Positions 56,997-64,000 of a stretch of DNA of 64,000 nt are shown piece after piece. The notes beneath the pieces are model-generated. The model saw nothing but the letters and a program-made list of their open reading frames with translations, was not told where the DNA came from and ran no database searches. The DNA is taken from assembly GCA_964390635.1 (NCBI GenBank), contig CAYMIG010000006.1:108995-172994 (forward strand). Direction: 5' to 3'. The position numbers and the translations under genes were made by a program. Positions within the stretch are counted from its first letter, which is position 1. Every line of letters begins with the position of its first letter. Source of the stretch: an uncultured Vampirovibrionales bacterium (GTDB lineage: Bacteria; Cyanobacteriota; Vampirovibrionia; Vampirovibrionales; Vampirovibrionaceae).

Positions 56997-57814
56997 GGCA
57001 GGCTCTCCTCCCGGCGCAGCAGGGTGCCGACGGCAAAATACTGGTTGCGCTCCAGGGTTTCCAGGCTCCACCCCAGTTCGTCGGCCCATTCAACCAGGGT
57101 TTCGGCGCGGCGCGGCACCAGTTCCCAGGCTTGTTTGTGCAAATCGACCATAGTTTCCTTCAGCAGGCGTAAATCCGGGTGGTGTTCCTGGATGGTAAAG
57201 ACCCACCGGGCACCGGGGCGGGTAATGGCGGAGCCGTTGGCCAGCACCGTCCGGATATCTTCGTTCCTGGTCAGGATATCGAAAAATCCGGAGGAAACTA
57301 TAATATCCGCCCTTTGCGTGGCCAGCCTCCCCCGGTCGAAGGCATCGCTGGGCGCAAACCGAATATCGGTGCGGCCCAGGCGGCGGGCTTTGGTTTCTCC
57401 CAGGCGCACGGCTTCCGGTTCAAAGTCGCCGGCTACCAACTGGGCTTCCCCGGCCTCCAAAGCAAAGAGATAGGAGCCTACCCCCGCTGCCAGGTCAAAC
57501 ACCACGGGCTGCTCGTAGCGGGCAACGGCTTGCCTAAGTTGCCCTATCAGCATGTGTCGCCGGGAGCGCACCCCCTCCCACACCGGGTGGGCCAGGAAAT
57601 GGCGGTCGATGAGGCGCCCCAGCGGGGTAATGCCTTGGGGACGGTTCTGGTAGACATACTCTAGCATCACCCCCGAATCGAAGCCCGTGCGCCAGCCCAG
57701 GCGGATGCCATGGCTCAGGCGGCCCACCGTTTGCAGGGCCAGTTTCATCAAGGGGTATTTCAGGCGGAAGCCTGGGGTGGCTAAAAAAGGGTCGGGGTGG
57801 CATGGGGCGGCCAT
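56987..57814 (-). CDS. Class I SAM-dependent methyltransferase
   Basis: VFDLAAGVGSY SAM motif; ATG at 57814 (MAAPCHPDPF...); overlaps the downstream hydrolase gene start by 10 nt. Confidence 0.75.
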   Translation of the reverse strand: MAAPCHPDPFLATPGFRLKYPLMKLALQTVGRLSHGIRLGWRTGFDSGVMLEYVYQNRPQGITPLGRLIDRHFLAHPVWEGVRSRRHMLIGQLRQAVARYEQPVVFDLAAGVGSYLFALEAGEAQLVAGDFEPEAVRLGETKARRLGRTDIRFAPSDAFDRGRLATQRADIIVSSGFFDILTRNEDIRTVLANGSAITRPGARWVFTIQEHHPDLRLLKETMVDLHKQAWELVPRRAETLVEWADELGWSLETLERNQYFAVGTLLRREESLPWR

Positions 57815-57845
57815 TAGTGGGACTCCTGTTGCTGATGATCGGATC

Positions 57846-58901
57846 TTAGCGGTAATCGATGTAACACTTCGATAGCCAGTGTGACACTTTCCGCAACTGA
57901 CCCATTGAATTGAACAAGTGGGGCGAAAGGCGCACCAGGTCGCCCCGGCGGATGGTGACAATCCTGTGCCGGTAGCCGTCCTGCACAATCCGGTCGGCTT
58001 TGCTTTGCCCTTCGGCGTCCCGTCCCGGATCAAAGGACACGATGCCCGACCAGCGGGTGGGATCCGACACCACCGGCCAGCCGATTTCCAGCAGTTGCTC
58101 GTGCAGGAAGTCCCGGCGCGTTTTCACCTCGGCGGTCACGTTTTCCCAACCGTACCGTTTGAAAAAGTCCAGGTTGCTGGACAGGCGGGCTACGGCTCCC
58201 GGGCCTACCCCGCCTACTTCCCAGCCCCGGGCGGTGGGGTTTCGGCCCGAGGCGGGATCGGGGGGATCGTTGAGGCCCAGCCAGTTGGGAAAGGGAGGCT
58301 GCAATTCCGCCAGTGCCCGTCGGCTCAGCACCATGATGGCGATTCCGGTTCCAGAAACCAGCCATTTTTGGGCCCCGCAGCACCAGAAGTCGATTTCCGG
58401 CACCCAGGATGGCTTTACCCCCGCGGACTGGATGGCGTCCACGCAGGTCCACAGCCCATGGCGATGGGCGCGTTGAACCACTTCCCGCCAGGGCTGCTCG
58501 TTGCCGGTGGTGAAATTGACGGTGGAAACGGCTACCAGACGGGTTTTATCCGGCCAGGGCGCTGACCAGTCCGCGACAGGGCGGGCCTCCACCCCAAAGC
58601 GGGCCAGGTTTTCCCAGGGCAGGGTGTTGGCGGGAAAATCCCGGGCGGCGTACAAGGCCACATCGCCGGGCCGCCAGTTCAGGGCGTAGGCGGCGCCCAT
58701 TAGGCCCAGGCTGGTGTTGGGCATCAGGGCCACCTGATCTGCTTCGCAGCCCAGCCACTCGGCAATTTGCCCCTTCAGCCGCTTGACCTGGGCCATCCAC
58801 TGGGGCACCCGCACGTTGCCCAGCAGTTCCGGGGCAAACAGGCTGGCCAAAAAGGCCCGCACCGGCAGCCGGGCCAGTCCCGCGTAATTCAGGTAAATCA
58901 T
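57846..58901 (-). CDS. Class V aminotransferase-fold PLP-dependent enzyme
   Basis: Fold-type I class V pattern; PLP-Lys context WCCGAQKWL; 4-nt overlap with the upstream gene. Confidence 0.8.
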   Translation of the reverse strand: MIYLNYAGLARLPVRAFLASLFAPELLGNVRVPQWMAQVKRLKGQIAEWLGCEADQVALMPNTSLGLMGAAYALNWRPGDVALYAARDFPANTLPWENLARFGVEARPVADWSAPWPDKTRLVAVSTVNFTTGNEQPWREVVQRAHRHGLWTCVDAIQSAGVKPSWVPEIDFWCCGAQKWLVSGTGIAIMVLSRRALAELQPPFPNWLGLNDPPDPASGRNPTARGWEVGGVGPGAVARLSSNLDFFKRYGWENVTAEVKTRRDFLHEQLLEIGWPVVSDPTRWSGIVSFDPGRDAEGQSKADRIVQDGYRHRIVTIRRGDLVRLSPHLFNSMGQLRKVSHWLSKCYIDYR

Positions 58902-59602
58902 GCCGGGGGCAATCCGCCGTCCCCGGGCGCCGTCTCCTCGGCCTCGTCTTCCAGCGGCGGTTCGTCCAGGTCTTCCAGCTCATGCACCGAGCGATAAATG
59001 CGCAGGCCAATGGTCAGGATGCAACCGGCCACCATCAGGTTGATAATCCATCCCCACACGGCCATGGATTCCAGACCCAGCAGGCAAAGCAGGCTGCCCA
59101 CCAGGATGATTACCAGCCGGTCGGTTTGCCCGCAGGGGCCTACCGATTGGGTGGAGCCCCCCGCCAGCACGCCCAGCATCCCGAAAATCTGCACCCAGCC
59201 CACCAGTACAATCAGGAAAAACCCGCCCGGAAAAGGCCCATGCGGAAACAGGCCCACCACAATCAGCAGGTCGGTGAATTCGCCCGGCACCCGGTTCAGG
59301 TAGCCGCCCAGATGGCTTTGCTTGCCAAACTCCTCGGCCACCAGTCCGTCCAGGGTGTTCAGAACCATGCGGGCCACGATGGCGGCCATGGCCCAGCCCC
59401 ACTGGGCGGAAAAGAGGAACCAGGCCGCCAGCAGCCCGGGTACGAAGGCCAGCAGGGATAAGACGTTAGGGTTCAGGTGGGCGAGGCCCGGGATATGCCG
59501 CAGGATGCCCCGCAGCCAGTACTTGCATTGGTAAAGCCCGAGATCCGGCTTGATGGGCGGGTGATCCGGCACGTGGGGCTTTCCCGATTCAGGTTCGCTC
59601 AT
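58898..59602 (-). CDS. CDP-alcohol phosphatidyltransferase-family protein
   Basis: DGxxAR...G...D...D pattern: NTLDGLVAEEFGKQSHLGGYLNRVPGEFTDLLI; about 6 TM segments. Confidence 0.8.
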   Translation of the reverse strand: MSEPESGKPHVPDHPPIKPDLGLYQCKYWLRGILRHIPGLAHLNPNVLSLLAFVPGLLAAWFLFSAQWGWAMAAIVARMVLNTLDGLVAEEFGKQSHLGGYLNRVPGEFTDLLIVVGLFPHGPFPGGFFLIVLVGWVQIFGMLGVLAGGSTQSVGPCGQTDRLVIILVGSLLCLLGLESMAVWGWIINLMVAGCILTIGLRIYRSVHELEDLDEPPLEDEAEETAPGDGGLPPA

Positions 59603-60260
59603 GGTTCAGCTCCCTCTCAAGCTTTTGCATCAACTCCTCTATATTATCCCCCCGATAGGGCTCTTTGAGGGAGACCTTGATTGTCTTGAACGGACGCCAT
59701 AGCGGGGAGCCGGGCGGCCAGGCCTCCCCGGTGCCATCCAGGCGCACCGGCAGGATGGTCCACCCCGCCTTCAGCAGCAGGCGCAACAGGCCCTCCTGCA
59801 GCTGGTTCGATTTGCGCGAGCCGCTGGGGTAGAACAGGATCCAGCCCCGTTTCAGCGCGTGGAGGTCTCTGTGCCAGGCCCGCATGGCCGTGCGGTGCAG
59901 GCGGTCGAACGCCACACCCTGTGACAGCAGCGCAGCGGCCAGGGCTTTCCAGGTGTGGGAGAAAAAATAGTCCTCCGCCGCCAGCACCGCCACCTGCAAG
60001 CGCACGCGGGGCGGCATGCAGGATAAGATGGCCAGGGTGTCCAGGTGGGACTGGTGGTTGGCCACCACCGCCACCCGGGGATCATTCGGCCAGGCGCCGT
60101 GGACCTGCATGCGAAACTGGGTTCTCATGGCCGTCCAGCCCAGCCATCCGCCCAGCCGGCGGCAGGTATCCCAGGTCAGATCCGGTACCCGGGGGTACAT
60201 GCCCAGCTTTTTTTTCAGAGGCTGGCCGAAATCTTCGGTGTGACAATACTGGAACTGCAT
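59589..60260 (-). CDS. 1-acyl-sn-glycerol-3-phosphate (lysophospholipid) acyltransferase, PlsC family
   Basis: Motif I VANHQSHLDT, motif III LFYPSGSR; start uncertain (ATG candidates MQFQYCH and MYPRV; ORF track gives TTG at 60317). Confidence 0.75.
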   Translation of the reverse strand: MQFQYCHTEDFGQPLKKKLGMYPRVPDLTWDTCRRLGGWLGWTAMRTQFRMQVHGAWPNDPRVAVVANHQSHLDTLAILSCMPPRVRLQVAVLAAEDYFFSHTWKALAAALLSQGVAFDRLHRTAMRAWHRDLHALKRGWILFYPSGSRKSNQLQEGLLRLLLKAGWTILPVRLDGTGEAWPPGSPLWRPFKTIKVSLKEPYRGDNIEELMQKLERELNHERT

Positions 60261-60353
60261 CCTTGGCCCCTGCTTGTGTTGCTTCTTGTGACATTTTAGG
60301 CGGGATTGTCCCGTCAACTGTCCGCAATTGTGACAGTTTGGGCAACCGTCACA

Positions 60354-61289
60354 TTAATGCCCGAAGCCCCCGTGAAAATAGCGGGCCAGGTGGAAAAACA
60401 GGGGCGCCACCCATACCAGGCTGTCGATGCGATCCAGAATGCCGCCATGTCCGGGCAGCAGCGTGCCAAAATCCTTTACCCCCAGATCGCGCTTGAAGGT
60501 GCTCATCACCAGGTCGCCCACCTGGCCCCCTGCCCCCACCAGCAGCCCCATGCTCAGCACCAGCCAGCCTTCAAAATGGGGAAAGGCGATGGGCCAGCTT
60601 AAAAAGGTGATGGCTACGCTGGAAGCCAGGGCCAGAAGGGATCCCTCCACGGTTTTGTTGGGAGAGAGCCGGGTCCAGCGGGTTTTACCCAGCAGCTTGC
60701 CCCACAAGAAAGCCAGGGCGTCGTTGAACTGGGTGGTCATCAGCACGAACACCAGGTAGCCCACGCCATAGGCCGCGTTGGCCAGGAACCCCAGGTGCCC
60801 CAGGAACCAGCCAAAGTACACCAGCCCGATGACGGAGAGCGCCATGTGTTGGATGGCCCCCTCGTAGCGGTTGCGAAAGATGGGCACGGTGGTAATCAGT
60901 GCCACACCCCAAATGGGGATGGCCATGAACATGCCGTAATCCCGGGCCAGGCTGGCCAAGGCCAGGGCAATCATGGCCAGATCGGTCAGCAGCATGTAGG
61001 GTTTTTCTTTGTACAGCCCGGTGGCCTTGGCAAATTCCTTGAAGCCATAAATAGAATACAGCGCCACGGCAATAATCCAGGCTTCCCGGCCCAGCCACAG
61101 GGGGATGAAATAGGCCGGCAGCAGGATGAACCATGTGAGATAGGGCTTTTTGGCTGCTTCCAGGGGCTTAAGCCAGATGAAGGCCCCCAGCAGGGCGTAA
61201 ATGCCCAGGGCCATCGCCGTGTAAAAGCCCAGCACCCGGGTATCGGTGCCGAACCACTGGCTGGCGTTCTCAAGCATGGGAGGCATCAT
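60354..61289 (-). CDS. cdsA: Phosphatidate cytidylyltransferase (CDP-diacylglycerol synthase)
   Basis: SPNKTVEGS and GHGGILDRIDS signature motifs. Confidence 0.9.
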   Translation of the reverse strand: MMPPMLENASQWFGTDTRVLGFYTAMALGIYALLGAFIWLKPLEAAKKPYLTWFILLPAYFIPLWLGREAWIIAVALYSIYGFKEFAKATGLYKEKPYMLLTDLAMIALALASLARDYGMFMAIPIWGVALITTVPIFRNRYEGAIQHMALSVIGLVYFGWFLGHLGFLANAAYGVGYLVFVLMTTQFNDALAFLWGKLLGKTRWTRLSPNKTVEGSLLALASSVAITFLSWPIAFPHFEGWLVLSMGLLVGAGGQVGDLVMSTFKRDLGVKDFGTLLPGHGGILDRIDSLVWVAPLFFHLARYFHGGFGH

Positions 61290-61412
61290 TTCCTTTCATT
61301 GTCCCACTATTTTGCCGGCGCGGCTGCCTGACCGGTTAAACGGCAATTTGCAGCCGGGCCCGGTTTTTGTATCATGGTCCCAACACAGCCACAGGGGGGA
61401 CAGGAGAAGCGT

Positions 61413-62972
61413 ATGATTCAACCCGTTGCCGCCGCGCGTTTCAAGCCGGCAGGACACCTCGTTCCGTTCGGATCCAATGCCGCCGCCGACCGGCAGAAGC
61501 TGGAAAAGCTGGCCGCCGAATACCCGGTGATGCGCACCTTCCTGGATCTTATCGATATTCCCACCCCCACCCCGCAGGCCGATCCGCGTTTCGCCCCGGT
61601 GGTGGAAAGCCAGATGAAAAAGATCCAGCACTACGTCATCGATAAATTCAAGGCCATGGGCGTTACCGACATCCGGGTGGAGCCCAACGGCTCGCTGGTC
61701 GTGCGGGTGCCCGGCTCTCCGGGCTACGAGAACGCCAAGCCGCTCATGCTGACCGCCCACCTCGACATGGTGGCCGGCGATAAAAGCGATCCGGCCCGCC
61801 CGGTGACCCCGGTGTTCCTGCAACGGGACGGACGGGAATTCATCGGCACGGACGGCACCACCACGCTGGGCTCCGATGACAAGGGCGGGGTGGCCATGAT
61901 CATGAACACCGTGGCCCGCCTGCAAGGCTTTTCAGAGATTCCGGCCACCGCGGCCCCGCCGGCGTCCTGGGGCGATCGCTTCCGGCAATGGCCCCTGGCC
62001 CAGAAGCTGGCCGCTCGCCAACCCCTGGCCCGGCTCATCGATCGTATCGCCAACCTGCTGAACCGCCTGGCGGCTCTGCTGCCACGGCCACAGGCCCAGC
62101 CGGCCACCCCGGGCAAGGCCCTGGCGCCCATTCCACATGCGCCGCTGGAGATTATCTTCTCCCCTGATGAGGAAAGCAGCTGCGAGTCTCTGAAAACACT
62201 GGATACCAGCCAGTTCAAGGCCAAGCACGTGCTGGTGGTGGATGAGTTTGCGCCCTTTAAAGTAACCACCGGCCTGGCCAGCAGCGTGCAGGTGGATATC
62301 AACGTCTCCAACATCGAGGGCGGCCATTCGGGCGAAAACATCGCTGCCGCCGGCCCGGTGAACGCCATCCTGGTGGCCAACGAGGTGGCCCGCCGCATCG
62401 GCACCGGCATGCAGATTCCGCATCCCACCATCAAGGACATGCCCCTGCTGTCCTGGAATATCGGGGTAACCAACGGGGGCAGCGCCTACAACGCCATCCC
62501 CGAAACCGCCCATGTGGGCATCATGATGCGCAGCTTCGACGCCAAGGCCCAGGAGGAAGCCCTGGCCAAAATCCGTGCCATCGTGGAGCAGGTGCAGGCC
62601 GAGTTCCGCCAGGCTTATGCCCCCTGGCGGCCCAACAACCAGCTGAAGATTGAAATGACCGCCAACGAGGAATACCCGGCCTGGGAGGCGGATCCCAATT
62701 CTCCCATTCCGGGGTGGGGACGCCAGGCGGCCCAGAACCTGCCGGAAAAGCCCCAAGTATCCGTGGGGCCGGTGCATGCCGCCGCGCAGGCCAGTATTCT
62801 CGCCCTGAAGAAGAATGCCGACGGCGAACAGTTTGACGCGGCCCTGATTGGCCCGCACATTGAGGAAGCACACACCAAGCGGGAACGCATGGACTGGAAA
62901 TCCCTGGTGGAGGCCAACCGCTGGCTGGAGGAATGGATTCGCGTCTACACCGCCGCCCAGAAGGCCGGTTAA
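61413..62972 (+). CDS. M20-family metallopeptidase (PepT/PepD-like) with a ~90-aa Pro/Ala-rich insertion
   Basis: HLDMV and GSDDKGGVA metal-ligand motifs; ATG at 61413 with gacaggagaagc RBS. Confidence 0.75.
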   Translation: MIQPVAAARFKPAGHLVPFGSNAAADRQKLEKLAAEYPVMRTFLDLIDIPTPTPQADPRFAPVVESQMKKIQHYVIDKFKAMGVTDIRVEPNGSLVVRVPGSPGYENAKPLMLTAHLDMVAGDKSDPARPVTPVFLQRDGREFIGTDGTTTLGSDDKGGVAMIMNTVARLQGFSEIPATAAPPASWGDRFRQWPLAQKLAARQPLARLIDRIANLLNRLAALLPRPQAQPATPGKALAPIPHAPLEIIFSPDEESSCESLKTLDTSQFKAKHVLVVDEFAPFKVTTGLASSVQVDINVSNIEGGHSGENIAAAGPVNAILVANEVARRIGTGMQIPHPTIKDMPLLSWNIGVTNGGSAYNAIPETAHVGIMMRSFDAKAQEEALAKIRAIVEQVQAEFRQAYAPWRPNNQLKIEMTANEEYPAWEADPNSPIPGWGRQAAQNLPEKPQVSVGPVHAAAQASILALKKNADGEQFDAALIGPHIEEAHTKRERMDWKSLVEANRWLEEWIRVYTAAQKAG

Positions 62973-63089
62973 CGCGGGTCTTCGCCCACGGGCCCAAAGG
63001 AAAAGACAGCAAGTTGGCTATCTTGCTGTCTCTGATGCAGTGATATGGATAGGCAATAGGAAACAAAACGAACGCGAACCAAAGCGCCT

Positions 63090-63455
63090 CTAATCACGAT
63101 TCAGGAAACGGCTGTATCGGATGGCCTGGACGCCCGCGCCGATGCCGGCGCCCAGCACGGCGGATTTGCCGACGGATTTGTCAAACAACAGGGCGCTGCC
63201 CGCGCCGATACCCGCCCCCACCAGGCCGCCTTTCACAATTTTGCCGGTCCGGGTGTCAAACCACGAGTGGCGGTGATCGTCGTAATAGTAGCGACCGTCC
63301 TGGCTGTAGTGGCGGCCATTGTCGCAGTGCTTGCGGTCATGCTTGTCGTACCAGCAATGGGCGGCCTGGGCCGGTTCCATCGCCATCAGGCTCGTGGAAG
63401 CCAAGGTGCTTGCCGCCAGGGCCAGGCTTAAAAGCGGTTTGTATCGGTAAGCCAT
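63090..63455 (-). CDS. Exported glycine-zipper (GxxxG) small protein, probably outer-membrane or lipoprotein
   Basis: Signal peptide LLSLALAASTLASTSLMA; His/Tyr/Asp-rich region; GLVGAGIGAGSA...LGAGIGAGV glycine zipper. Confidence 0.6.
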   Translation of the reverse strand: MAYRYKPLLSLALAASTLASTSLMAMEPAQAAHCWYDKHDRKHCDNGRHYSQDGRYYYDDHRHSWFDTRTGKIVKGGLVGAGIGAGSALLFDKSVGKSAVLGAGIGAGVQAIRYSRFLNRD

Positions 63456-63650
63456 CGCAAAAACCTCCTGGGGTACGAGAAACTGCTTTCTGGAGCCTAT
63501 CGTAACCGGCGAGCTTGCGATGGGGCATCGGGCGATGGTGTAATTTCGCAGATTAGCCGATGGAGGGATGGATTTTTGGGGCCGGGGGAGGGGCTTTCTA
63601 AGCGGCAGAGGCCCCGCACCGCGGAGCCTCTACTCTTGACCTTGCTCTGA

Positions 63651-64000
63651 TTAATCCGGCAGGTTGGGGGTGGTGGTGCCAGCCACGCCGGCCTGGTTCA
63701 CGGGCAGCGGTTCCGGCTCCAGCCCACCCCGGAACAGGATGGGGGTGTTCAGGTCGCTGCTGGCGATGGTGGCCGCGTTGCCGTCGCGGTTGGCCACGTT
63801 CCAGACATCGTTGAAGGAAATGGAATTGAAGTTGCGGTCGTTGTTGGCAAAGGCGCCAAAGTTGTCCATCATCACGTTGGCGGCATCCAGCTTTTGCTGC
63901 ATTTGCTGGACCTGCTTGTTGATGAGGTCTCCCCAGAAGCCGAACCCGCCAAACAGCTGGCCCCACCAGGACCAGATTTGCACCTGCTGTTGCAGGTTGT
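63651..64000 (-). CDS. Hypothetical protein, 5'-truncated by the window end
   Basis: Open reading frame continues past 64000; the portion read contains WGQLFGGFGFWG and an Asn-rich region. Confidence 0.4.
   Translation of the reverse strand, partial: NLQQQVQIWSWWGQLFGGFGFWGDLINKQVQQMQQKLDAANVMMDNFGAFANNDRNFNSISFNDVWNVANRDGNAATIASSDLNTPILFRGGLEPEPLPVNQAGVAGTTTPNLPD

Overview
A 64 kb chromosomal segment from a GC-rich (~63-65% GC) diderm bacterium; lineage not determinable from sequence alone. I can support about 55 protein-coding genes and 3 tRNA genes (two tRNA-Leu, one tRNA-Gly); there are no rRNA genes and no CRISPR array. Housekeeping genes: dnaB, a Bacillus-type three-subunit succinate dehydrogenase/fumarate reductase (membrane cytochrome b, flavoprotein, Fe-S), glgC, kdsC, dapA and asd. 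Also holA immediately followed by holB, a split two-subunit transketolase, tig-clpP-clpX, alr, two oligopeptide ABC permeases and cdsA. Accessory or unusual content: (i) a cluster at 2.2-6.5 kb with a divergent HExxH protein and three paralogous LysM + GLFG/FG-repeat proteins with no signal peptide; two of the three carry a conserved AT-rich upstream element. (ii) two tandem Flp-family prepilin genes followed by tRNA-Leu, with no tad genes in the window. (iii) a seven-gene minus-strand candidate operon combining phospholipid-synthesis enzymes with tailoring enzymes. (iv) a small SAM-dependent methyltransferase gene of sharply lower GC located about 0.8 kb from tRNA-Gly. (v) a fatty-acid hydroxylase-creatininase fusion next to a His-rich membrane protein. 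Many long ORFs in the six-frame track are antisense shadows of real genes in this GC-rich DNA and are rejected. Start codons are often uncertain; stops follow the ORF track. A few start coordinates may be off by one base because positions were read by hand.
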